From positions 1-47,301 of the IMG/VR virus record IMGVR_UViG_3300028840_007436: a DNA stretch of 47,301 bases; one strand, 5' to 3'. This document shows positions 38,817-47,301 of the stretch, in pieces. Positions within the stretch are counted from its first letter, which is position 1; each line of letters opens with the position of its first letter. Source of the stretch: a virus (lineage: Duplodnaviria > Caudoviricetes). A program made the position numbers and the translations under genes. The notes under the pieces are model-generated. The model searched no databases, was not told where the DNA came from, and saw only the letters and a program-made list of their open reading frames with translations.

Positions 38817-39005
38817 ATGGGGAAAGGTGGAATTGTGAAAGTGATAAAATTGGCAATTGCCAAACAAGATTCAGTTTTGGCAGGTAACATTGCCAACTAT
38901 CTCAGATTCAACATGGGCTTGACGTATTCTGCTCAGATCGAGTTGGTTGAAAATTCTGGCTATGAGTTGGCAGACTGGGAAGAGTTACTTTTAGAGTCTA
39001 ATTAA
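38817..39005 (+). CDS. Hypothetical protein
   Basis: 62 aa ORF with RBS. Confidence 0.5.
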   Translation: MGKGGIVKVIKLAIAKQDSVLAGNIANYLRFNMGLTYSAQIELVENSGYELADWEELLLESN

Positions 39006-39019
39006 ATAGGAGAATAGAG

Positions 39020-39232
39020 ATGGCAATTAAAAAGAAACCAAAACAAATGTTTATTGATCTTACAGGGCCACAAGGTAATGCATTCTATCTTTTGGGAGTA
39101 GCCAGGAGATTTGCCAATCAACTGGGACTTGACGCAAATAAGATCACTGAAAAGATGGAGTCAGGCGATTATGAAAATTTAATTGAAACTTTTGATAAAT
39201 ATTTTGGTCATTTTATAACTCTGTATCGTTAA
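39020..39232 (+). CDS. Small conserved-looking phage protein
   Basis: IDLTGPQGNAFYLLG...SGDYENL..FDKYFG; AGGAG RBS. Confidence 0.7.
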   Translation: MAIKKKPKQMFIDLTGPQGNAFYLLGVARRFANQLGLDANKITEKMESGDYENLIETFDKYFGHFITLYR

Positions 39233-39262
39233 TAAATTAAGTACTTAGTTAGTTCAAAACAG

Positions 39263-39284
39263 GTTATGGAAAATTTTCCATAAC
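39263..39284. repeat. Dispersed palindrome copy 13
   Basis: Exact core. Confidence 0.95.
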
Positions 39285-39312
39285 TTGTTTTGGGGAAAAA
39301 GGGGGAGATATT

Positions 39313-40371
39313 ATGTATGCTCATCAGGTAATAGAGCGTCTGGAAACGGTTCGTAAAAGCTCTGATGAACTGCAAGAGGTTTCTGACATTAACAAATTTC
39401 TTGTTTCTTTAATTCAGAAATCTCAGAGATTCCATTTTGGTGATTATGAAATTTTAACCAACGCTATTGAAAAGTATGCAGATGTCTTTCCAGCCTTTAC
39501 AGGCAGGTGTGGGGAAGATATCCGTTTGCCTTATGATGTTTGCTGGTTTGATTATTTCCATAAGCCTATACAGGGAGGGTGTAATTTTGATATTTTTGGC
39601 AGAGAAAAGGTTCATGTTCCAAGGAGAGCTGTGCTGTTGGTTGGCTTTCACAATGCCCCTCATATGTTTGAGGGTTTTAAAAGTAATGTACCAGAGGAGT
39701 TTTGTTTTGACCCTAATACAGCTTTTTTTATGATATCTTTTTTTTATTACGCAGATATCATGAGATGGGAGGTCTGCCCAGCGGTATTTTTAATTTTTCC
39801 CAATCCAGCAAATTATTTCATTCCTAATAATATAAATAAAGAGCTTTCTTTTTATTATTTTGGAAAAGGGGATCAGAGAGCAACTTTTGTTGCTTATTTT
39901 TTATATCCCAATAATTATTTTTACTGTAATAATCAGGGGTTGTCTAAAAACCAGTTGTTGACTGTTTTTACCGAGGATAACGGAGAAGAGTTTTGGGCTG
40001 TAAATTCGGCTTTGATGATGCTTAATTGCAAGAATATCGCTGTAAAAACAGAAAAAGCTCCTCGTAAGCTAAATAAAAAGCGCCTCAAGAGTAAAAAACG
40101 ACCTATTCTTGATTATCACACTCTTAATGTTTTGTTGCCTAAGAAAAATTTTTTGAAAGCTTCTGGTTCTTTGCCAGGCCAAAAGAAAAGAGTGCATTTG
40201 TGTCGAGGTCATTTTAAGTATTATTCAGAAGATAAGCCGCTTTTTGGGAAAGTGACAGGGAGGCACTGGTGGCAGCCGCAAGTTAGAGGAGATCAAAACC
40301 AAGGCATAGTTCTTAAAAAATATTCAGTTAAAAGTCAGGAGGCTGTAAGTTGTGGAGGATTGCAGGTTTAA
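39313..40371 (+). CDS. Hypothetical phage protein
   Basis: 352 aa; C-terminal RVHLCRGHFK..PLFGK..WW.PQVRG motif. Confidence 0.7.
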   Translation: MYAHQVIERLETVRKSSDELQEVSDINKFLVSLIQKSQRFHFGDYEILTNAIEKYADVFPAFTGRCGEDIRLPYDVCWFDYFHKPIQGGCNFDIFGREKVHVPRRAVLLVGFHNAPHMFEGFKSNVPEEFCFDPNTAFFMISFFYYADIMRWEVCPAVFLIFPNPANYFIPNNINKELSFYYFGKGDQRATFVAYFLYPNNYFYCNNQGLSKNQLLTVFTEDNGEEFWAVNSALMMLNCKNIAVKTEKAPRKLNKKRLKSKKRPILDYHTLNVLLPKKNFLKASGSLPGQKKRVHLCRGHFKYYSEDKPLFGKVTGRHWWQPQVRGDQNQGIVLKKYSVKSQEAVSCGGLQV

Positions 40372-40789
40372 CCGAAAGAAAGATTCTAAAAAGAAAATAG
40401 AATGGTTTAGCGTAGAACGTGATGGGTATCCAGAAGACAATTTGCGCTTGCTAACATATTCAGAAATTTATGCAGAGGATTTGACCAGAGCTTATAGGGT
40501 TGTAGACAGCACTTTCTTAAGGAAGATGGAGGAGGTAACACACTTCATAATCTTAACACCTCCCAAGAGTCGCAGCCTGCCCAAGGAAAAAATCGCATTT
40601 TCAAAAAAAATAAAGCAATATCTGAAAAACAAAGAGACAGCTCAGTTTCTGTATAAAAATACAACAACAAGTGTTAGCCAGATCGCTCGTCATATTGGAG
40701 TATCTGCCGCAACAGCAAGTAACATGATTGACAACAAAGATCCTCAGTATGTTTGCAAATACCTGAAGGAAAAACTTGAAGAGCGTTAA
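40352..40789 (+). CDS. Hypothetical protein with a C-terminal HTH
   Basis: SVSQIARHIGVSAATASNMI. Confidence 0.6.
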   Translation: MEDCRFNRKKDSKKKIEWFSVERDGYPEDNLRLLTYSEIYAEDLTRAYRVVDSTFLRKMEEVTHFIILTPPKSRSLPKEKIAFSKKIKQYLKNKETAQFLYKNTTTSVSQIARHIGVSAATASNMIDNKDPQYVCKYLKEKLEER

Positions 40790-40891
40790 ATATAGTCAAA
40801 TATTTATTTATTTACTTTAAATTAAATTTATTTTATTATTATGTTTATTGTATATTTTTAATAACATAATATAATCAGGGGGATAGCAAAA

Positions 40892-41473
40892 ATGAAAATA
40901 GTGTGTAACTGTGGAAAAGAAATAAATTCTGAAATTCAAGAATGCCCTTTTTGTGGTGTAATTGTTAAAAAAATGATTGATGCTAAGGCAGCTAAAGAAA
41001 AAAAACAAAAACCTAAGAGGATTGGGATAGTGCCAGTTGTATTGTTAGTAATTTGTTCTGTTTATTCGCTAATCTCCAGCTCTTTAATGTTTTTTGTTTT
41101 TATGAGTTCGGTTGTTTTTGGCATTATGAGCCTTATGCCTGGGTTTAAAAATAAGATAGACACTAAAGCTTATTCCTCTCTTTCTGTAACTATGGCTTTT
41201 ATAATCATCTACCAGCTTTTAAGCTCTTCGTCTTCGTATATGGAGCGCTCTATGTCTTCCAGTAAAATCAATACGTCTTCTTTGATTGGTATGGAGTATA
41301 CACCTAAGAATGCAGGCTTTTTAGCTGATCAATATGGCTATCCAGAAACCTTGCCTGGAACAAATAATAAATATTGGATAGCTTACTTCCCAAATGGTGA
41401 TTTTACAATAACCTCCAATAAAGATACTAACAGGATAATATCAGTTAAAAGAGGTCGTCATTCTGAAATATAA
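40892..41473 (+). CDS. Zinc-ribbon membrane protein
   Basis: CNCG..CPFCG followed by 2-3 hydrophobic segments. Confidence 0.65.
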   Translation: MKIVCNCGKEINSEIQECPFCGVIVKKMIDAKAAKEKKQKPKRIGIVPVVLLVICSVYSLISSSLMFFVFMSSVVFGIMSLMPGFKNKIDTKAYSSLSVTMAFIIIYQLLSSSSSYMERSMSSSKINTSSLIGMEYTPKNAGFLADQYGYPETLPGTNNKYWIAYFPNGDFTITSNKDTNRIISVKRGRHSEI

Positions 41474-41497
41474 GCTTAGTTGTTCTTCTAAAAATAG

Positions 41498-41519
41498 GTT
41501 ATGGAAAATTTTCCATAAC
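41498..41519. repeat. Dispersed palindrome copy 14
   Basis: Exact core. Confidence 0.95.
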
Positions 41520-41613
41520 CTGTTTTATTTTTTTCCTTGCAATAAATTAATTAATTAGTTAGTTTAATTATATGATAATTAATTTTCTTTTTTTTTAATT
41601 TTTATGGGTCGAA

Positions 41614-42180
41614 TTGATTATGGCAGAAAAAAGAAGATGGAGTGGAAGAAAGACGATTCTGAATAATGAATTGATTAAGCAGATAAGTGATCTGGTGATC
41701 AAAGGGCATACAGATTCAGATCTATCTGATATTCTTGGTTTTAACAACACTTGTATCTATACATGGTTAAGAAAAGGAGAGGCTGGAACAGCACGTTCTA
41801 TCTATACCAAATTCTATAAGGAATACAAAAAAGCTAAGGCTACTCTATATAATTTGCACATAAAAAATATTGATAAAGCAGCATTTTTTGGCCATGAGTG
41901 GGAAGAAACCAAGACTACCTATAGGAATGTTAAGGGCAAAAAAACACTGATTGAGGAAGTTGTAACGAGGAAAAAATCTACACCTTCTTGGCAAGCTTCA
42001 GCTTGGCGTTTGCAAAGGCTTTTGCCAAGTTTATATCACCTGGAGCATTTGGATACAGGGTTTGATCCTCAAGAAAAAGCACGTCAAGTTAATGAATACA
42101 TGAGTCAGTTGCAATCCAACATTAAGAAACCTGAAGATTTCGAGGAAAAAAGAAAAAAAGATAATGATTCCTCTGTCTAA
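41614..42180 (+). CDS. Terminase small subunit
   Basis: GRKTIL, HTH, WQASAWRLQR; overlaps the large subunit. Confidence 0.75.
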   Translation: MIMAEKRRWSGRKTILNNELIKQISDLVIKGHTDSDLSDILGFNNTCIYTWLRKGEAGTARSIYTKFYKEYKKAKATLYNLHIKNIDKAAFFGHEWEETKTTYRNVKGKKTLIEEVVTRKKSTPSWQASAWRLQRLLPSLYHLEHLDTGFDPQEKARQVNEYMSQLQSNIKKPEDFEEKRKKDNDSSV

Positions 42181-43468
42181 GCGTAACTATCCTTTACGGC
42201 CTCATTATACCCAATCCTGTTTATTTCATTCACAATCTAGATTTAATGTAGTTCCAGCAGGAAGGCGTTCTGGAAAAAGTGAGTTAAGCAAGCGAAAGTT
42301 AGTGGAAAAAGCTTTTTCTCCTTGGAAGTCAGAGCCTCCAAGATACTTTGCTGCTGCCCCTACATATAATCAGGCCAAGCGTATATTCTGGCAAGATTTA
42401 AAAGAGCTAATTCCTCCTCCTCTTAGGTCTAAACAGCCATCAGAAGGCAACTTAATAATATATTGCATAAGCGGTGCTGAGATTCATGTCCTTGGTATGG
42501 ATAAACCAGAGCGCATTGAGGGCTCTCCCTGGGATGGAGGTATTGTAGATGAAATAGCCAATATAAAACCTCATGCTTGGGGAGCCAATATTCGCCCTGC
42601 TCTTTCTGATAGAAATGGCTGGTGTTGGCTGATAGGTGTTCCTGAAGGCAGGAATCATTATTATGATTTATATCAAAATTCCTTGTCTCCAGAATATCTT
42701 GATTGGTCTGGCTTTACATGGAAGTCAGCAGAGATATTACCAGATTATGAGATAGAGGCTGCTAAGAGAGATTTAGATGAGCTAACGTTTAGGCAAGAAT
42801 ACGAGGCTGATTTTGTGACTTTTCAAGGGCAGGTTTATTATTGCTTTGATAGGTCAATTCATGCAGCCACTAAATTTGAGTATAAACCAAATTTACCATT
42901 AATAATTGGCCTTGATTTTAATGTGTCGCCTGGTGTTGCTGCTATTATGCAGGAACAAAATCTTCCTAATGGTTTGTCTGGAACAGCCGTTATAGATGAG
43001 ATTTGGATAGAAACAAACTCTAACACTGTGAAAGTTTGCAATCAGATTCTGCATCAGTATTCCAGACATCAAGATTTAGTTTTTGTATATGGAGATGCAA
43101 CAGGTGGGAACAGAGGAACAGCAAAGGTTCAAGGATCAGATTGGGACTTAGTTAGCAAAATTTTAAGGCCTGTTTTTGGCAGTCGTTTTGTTCTAAAGGT
43201 GCCAAAGGCGAATCCCTCAGTTCGCTCCAGAATTAATGCAGTAAACTCACGGTTAAAGAGTATGACTGGGGATGTCCGTATGATGATAGACCCCAGGTGT
43301 AAACAGGTTATAAAAGATTTGGAAGGTACCAGGCTTGCTGATTCTACTGAGTTTGCCATAGATAAAAAGAATGACCCTCAGAGAAGCCATATCAGTGACG
43401 GACTGGGGTATTATGTAAGTTTTGAATTCCCTGTTAGAGATCGCAAAGTTACAATACAGAGCATTTAA
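42164..43468 (+). CDS. terL: Terminase large subunit
   Basis: AGRRSGKS, IVDE, PEGRNHYY, RQEYEADF, GLDFN, HISDGLGY. Confidence 0.93.
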   Translation: MIPLSKRNYPLRPHYTQSCLFHSQSRFNVVPAGRRSGKSELSKRKLVEKAFSPWKSEPPRYFAAAPTYNQAKRIFWQDLKELIPPPLRSKQPSEGNLIIYCISGAEIHVLGMDKPERIEGSPWDGGIVDEIANIKPHAWGANIRPALSDRNGWCWLIGVPEGRNHYYDLYQNSLSPEYLDWSGFTWKSAEILPDYEIEAAKRDLDELTFRQEYEADFVTFQGQVYYCFDRSIHAATKFEYKPNLPLIIGLDFNVSPGVAAIMQEQNLPNGLSGTAVIDEIWIETNSNTVKVCNQILHQYSRHQDLVFVYGDATGGNRGTAKVQGSDWDLVSKILRPVFGSRFVLKVPKANPSVRSRINAVNSRLKSMTGDVRMMIDPRCKQVIKDLEGTRLADSTEFAIDKKNDPQRSHISDGLGYYVSFEFPVRDRKVTIQSI

Positions 43469-43478
43469 TTTAAAATAG

Positions 43479-43500
43479 GTTGTGGAAAATTTTCCATAAC
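43479..43500. repeat. Dispersed palindrome copy 15 (one mismatch)
   Basis: GTTGTGGAAAATTTTCCATAAC. Confidence 0.9.
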
Positions 43501-43679
43501 CTGTTTTAAAATACGATATTTACAAAATAGGTAGTAAAAATATTGTTTTTGTCAGTTTTTTAAGTGTCTGAATTTATTGATAGCGATAGCTGATATCCCG
43601 AGGGTTGATAAAATCAGGTTTAAAAAAAATATAGTGATCTAAGTTGTTAAAACATATTGATTAATCAAGGAGCCAATCA

Positions 43680-43844
43680 ATGTTTGAAGAGATAACAGAG
43701 AGAGTTAAAAAAAGTACGCAAGATCAATATGTTAGCTTCCGTTTGGATTGGGTGACAAAGGGCTATATTCAGGAAATTCTTGGCGTTTTGGAGGAGAAAA
43801 TAAACGCTTTAGAGGATAAAATACGATATTTACAAAATAGGTAA
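43680..43844 (+). CDS. 54 aa hypothetical protein (absent from the ORF track)
   Basis: AAGGAG RBS; MFEEITERVKK...RYLQNR*. Confidence 0.6.
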   Translation: MFEEITERVKKSTQDQYVSFRLDWVTKGYIQEILGVLEEKINALEDKIRYLQNR

Positions 43845-43973
43845 TTTTGGCGTTAAATGTGGCTTTTTTTAACATATTGTTTTTTAAATAGATTTAGACG
43901 TTAGTTTTATAGACCCTCGGAGATATGGCCATAGCCCTAAAAAAAATATAGTGACCTAAGTTGTTAAAAAGGT

Positions 43974-44312
43974 ATGATTATGCCAGATAAAACAGAAATA
44001 AAGCCAACTTTTTGTGATTGCATGTTATGCAAAGAAATCACAAAAAAAGTTAGAAATAGAAACAAAGCTGAAAACAAATCAAAACAGTTTAAAGACAATA
44101 GAATCTGGCGCATCTTTCCAGGAGAATGGTGTCCTAAATGTGATACCCCTGTTGCTGTGTTTACAGCTCCTCTTTTACCAAATGGCTTTGCCTATGACAA
44201 AGATCCGATTCAATGCCCTCATTGCAATAAAAAAGGTCATTTTTCAATTGGTGTTAGGAGTCAATTTTTCCCTGCCAGAGTTAGGAATGTTATTATTTGG
44301 GAGGATGAGTAA
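43974..44312 (+). CDS. Zinc-finger hypothetical protein
   Basis: CDCMLC, CPKC, CPHC. Confidence 0.55.
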   Translation: MIMPDKTEIKPTFCDCMLCKEITKKVRNRNKAENKSKQFKDNRIWRIFPGEWCPKCDTPVAVFTAPLLPNGFAYDKDPIQCPHCNKKGHFSIGVRSQFFPARVRNVIIWEDE

Positions 44313-44652
44313 TGCATCAAAACGTAGATGCTGTTTTTTGTTCAGGTGGCTCAATATTTCAAAATATTTTTTTTGGTTTGGTTTTTTAGAATCTATTACA
44401 GATGTTCTAAGCAATATAGATATAGGTGCATTATGGTTGATGTTTCTATCTCTGGCACTTTTGTTATTGATTTTGTTAATAAGGCAGCTATGAGGCGTTT
44501 TGTAGAAAGCCTTAATATACAGGAAATGAAAGTGCAGTGTAGATATATGTGGGAGTGATTTAAAAAAAATATTCTTCAGAGCCTCTTTGGATTAAGCATT
44601 GCTTTGTTTTAACGAGAGGCTTTTTACAATATGTTTTTTTGAGGAGAAAAAA

Positions 44653-46171
44653 GATGGCTGAAGAAACAATTTTTAAACAGGTTAGTGAGCCTCTGGCAGA
44701 ATATGAAGCGTATATGGAGCGTCTTTATTTAATAAACACTCTTTTAGGTGGCACTCATGCAATGAGAGAAGCTGGTACTATGTTCCTGCCCAAAGAGCGT
44801 GGAGAGGAACAAATCAATTATGAAGCACGTCTGAAAAGAACCGTTTTGTTGAATGCTTTTAAGAGAACATTGCAGAAACTAACTGGGGAGGTTTTTGGCC
44901 GTAAAGAGACTTGGCATATTGATATGTATCCAGAACAAGAAAAAAACCAATCTCCTGCCTTAAAAAAACAAATGTATACAGGTGAATATGACGACTGGGT
45001 AAATAATATTGATCTTGCTGGAACAGATTTAAAAACATTTTCTCAAAATGTTTTTTTTCAAGGTATTGCTGATGGCATTACACATATCTTAATTGATTTT
45101 CCCTCTGTGTCTTCTGAAAAAACAGAAGCGGAGGCTAAAATAGAAAACATCAGACCTTATGCTGTTCATATTAAGGCAAAGGATCTTATTGGCTGGCGTC
45201 ATGAATACAGAAACGGAGTCCCTGCTCTTACTCAGATTCGTATTAAAGAATCTGTTCAGGAACCAGATGGGGACTTTGGTGTTAAGACAGTTGATTATGT
45301 TCGAGTTGTCAATGAAAATGATTGGCAGCTTTGGCGCAAGCTTGACGAAGATGAGGGCAAAATTAAAGATAAGGATAAATGGGTATTGGAACAAGAGGGA
45401 GCGCTTACGCTTGGGCACATACCTCTTCTTTCCTTTATTCCTGGGGAACGTCAATCTGCAACCTGCATGACAGCTATTCCTCCTTTGGAGGATCTTGCTA
45501 ATCTTAATCTTTGTCATTGGCAATCTTCATCTGATCAAAGAAATATCTTGCATTATGCCAGGATGATTATCTGGTTTGGCAAAAACTTAGACGTAGACGA
45601 TGAGGGCCAGGTTAAATTTGGTGCTAACCGCCTTATTCATTCCAATTCAACAGACGCTGATCTTAGAGTGGTAGAGCATTCAGGTGCAGCTATTGATGCT
45701 GGCAGACAAGATCTGAAAGATCTTGAATCTCAGATGGCCCTTTTTGGTTTGACGTTTATGTTGCCTAAGCAATCTGGTTCAATCACAGCAACTGAGAAGG
45801 CTATAGACGCTGCTGAAAATGAATCAGCACTGAAACAATGGGCAGGAGAGTTCAGTAGGTTGTTAAATCATATGTTCCAGGTTATGGCAGATTGGAAAAA
45901 ACAGCAATTTAATGGCATTATTGAAATTTCAACAGACTTTAGAGATTTTCTGGATTCTTTTGAGTTGGATATTCTTCTGAAAGCGTTTCAGGTCAAGCTG
46001 TTATCCAGACAGATTGTTTTTGAGGAATATAAACGTAGAGGCTTGGTAGATACTGAAATAGATTTTATTGATATGGTGGCTCAATTGGAAGATGATCAGA
46101 GATCGTCTTCAGGGAATGAGTTTGGTAATTTGGCAGGATCAATTTTGGGAACTCAGAAAGAGATTTTTTAG
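44653..46171 (+). CDS. Portal protein (DUF4055 type)
   Basis: LLGGTHAMREAG..FLP, YEARL, PPLEDLANLNLCHWQSSSD, TATE; follows terL; GAGGAG RBS before 44653. Confidence 0.88.
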
Positions 46172-46313
46172 CGAGGTAGTATAATGGCAATGCACAGGAA
46201 ATGGTGATATAGGTTCGATTCCTATGGTGTCGATGGCAATGCCTAAGGCGCTTAGTGTAATGGTAACACCCCTGAGATCTGTTATGTTGGTTCGAGTCCA
46301 ACCCTCGCTTCCA
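46170..46313 (+). ncRNA. Double tRNA-like RNA: two D arms, two T arms, cross-paired acceptor stems, no anticodon loop, encoded 3' CCA
   Basis: AGCGAGG/CCTCGCT-T-CCA; D arms GTAT-AATGGCA-ATGC and GTGT-AATGGTA-ACAC; T arms ATAGG-TTCGATT-CCTAT and GTTGG-TTCGAGT-CCAAC. Confidence 0.75.
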
Positions 46314-46324
46314 TTTCAAAACAA

Positions 46325-46346
46325 GTTATGGAAAATTTTCCATAAG
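46325..46346. repeat. Dispersed palindrome copy 16
   Basis: GTTATGGAAAATTTTCCATAAG. Confidence 0.9.
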
Positions 46347-46365
46347 CTATTTTGAGGGAAAAAAT

Positions 46366-46623
46366 ATGACGACAAAATCTAATGTAATTCAGCTAAAGCA
46401 AGATATTTCCTGGGAAGAGCAGGTTAATGAGTTTGTTAAGGGTTTAAAAGAAAAAAAAATAACTCATGCAGTTGTTGCCTATCGTTCTGAAGATGGCAGT
46501 TTTCAGTATCGTATTTTTGGTGCAGATCACGCTACTTATATGGTCGGTATGTTAGAGAGAGTAAAGCAAGATATACATAATGCAGATTGGTTTGGCTGTG
46601 ATGACTGCGAGGTTTGCGACTAA
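46366..46623 (+). CDS. Hypothetical protein
   Basis: 85 aa; GAGG RBS. Confidence 0.6.
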   Translation: MTTKSNVIQLKQDISWEEQVNEFVKGLKEKKITHAVVAYRSEDGSFQYRIFGADHATYMVGMLERVKQDIHNADWFGCDDCEVCD

Positions 46624-46937
46624 TTCTATTTATTTGTCTGAGTTTTCTGTATTTTGTTGGTGCTGCAATTTGGTTAAGTTTTAATAAATCTATGTTTATA
46701 GATAGTGCCAGACAAGAGGGTGTATATTGATTAAGTTTTGGCGATTGGGTAGTTGCTTACTTGGTTTCAGTTTTTTTGTGGCCGATAATGTTGTGAGACT
46801 TTTCAGAGCGGAAGATGACCCCTGAAGGACTGTTGATGCATAAATTTTTCATTATTGTCAATTTTAATATTTTTTATTATTATGGCTTTTTTTTGATTAA
46901 TAAATGTTTAAACAATAATGAAAAGGAGTTAAAGCTT

Positions 46938-47301
46938 ATGAAAAAATTGACAATAATTTGCATGGCTGTCGTTTTGTTGCTTGGATTCTCTGGATCGGCA
47001 TTTTCATCTGTAATCCCAGCAAGTGAGCGTGCAGCTTTAATTGCTTTGTATAACAGTACCAATGGAGATAGCTGGACGGATAATAGTGGATGGAAAACTC
47101 TTCCTCTTGCTGATGATGGGTTTGGAGAAGATGAGAGTAGTTGGTATGGGGTATTTGTTGGAAATGGTGTGGTTACAGAGCTTAATTTTCAAGAAAACCA
47201 ATTAACAGGTTCAATTCCTTCTGAAATCAAAAATTTGACTAATCTGTACTCTCTTTGGCTTGAAAGTAACCAATTAGCAGGACCTATTCCTGCTGAAATT
47301 G
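46938..47301 (+). CDS. Secreted leucine-rich-repeat protein (plant-type LRR), 3'-truncated
   Basis: AAGGAG RBS; signal peptide MKKLTIICMAVVLLLGFSGSAFS; cap ERAALIALYNSTNG..W..WYGV; repeats NQLTGSIPSEIKNLTNL..L.LESNQLAGPIPAEI. Confidence 0.85.
   Translation, partial: MKKLTIICMAVVLLLGFSGSAFSSVIPASERAALIALYNSTNGDSWTDNSGWKTLPLADDGFGEDESSWYGVFVGNGVVTELNFQENQLTGSIPSEIKNLTNLYSLWLESNQLAGPIPAEI

Noticed and set aside
46170-46313. Two functional decoding tRNAs
   Set aside because: Neither unit has an anticodon arm or a self-complementary acceptor stem
46065-46319. 84 aa minus-strand ORF, and the many other short antisense ORFs inside long genes
   Set aside because: Antisense to the portal, the tRNA-like RNA or other well-supported genes, with no recognisable motifs
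1514-46346. Palindromic repeats as a CRISPR array or integron attC sites
   Set aside because: Copies are 0.3-7 kb apart with whole operons between them; no cas genes are seen; there are no attC-style R/L boxes with extrahelical bases; the integrase already has its own attP

Overview
AT-rich segment of a large temperate tailed-phage genome, apparently in its excised form: an intact attP (3' half of tRNA-Thr(CGT) with integrase arm repeats on both sides) has phage genes to its left and right. Gene order: end of tail region; attP, integrase, excisionase; a leftward accessory and nucleotide-metabolism block (3TM holin, DUF1566, ThyX, dATP/dGTP diphosphohydrolase, SF2 helicase); a self-sufficient replication and recombination module (intein-containing DnaB, primase, CobT/CobS-like pair with a 47-Gln tract, sigma-like factor, DnaE fused to a UDG-like domain, SSB, RecA, BRO, SbcCD); a 7-deazaguanine DNA-modification cluster (QueD, QueE, HNH-FolE fusion, QueC-radical SAM fusion, DpdA/TGT-like, ParB-like); terminase, portal and a secreted LRR gene. 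The most notable signals are: (1) a 144-nt anticodon-less 'two-headed' tRNA-like RNA after the portal gene; (2) the QueC-radical SAM fusion, which suggests an unusual deazaguanine modification; (3) 16 dispersed copies of a 22-bp intergenic palindrome; (4) a six-copy fixed-spacing motif that may be the promoter for the phage sigma factor; (5) a 20-bp motif with 4-bp periodicity. All protein calls come from motif recognition by eye. No database searches were run.
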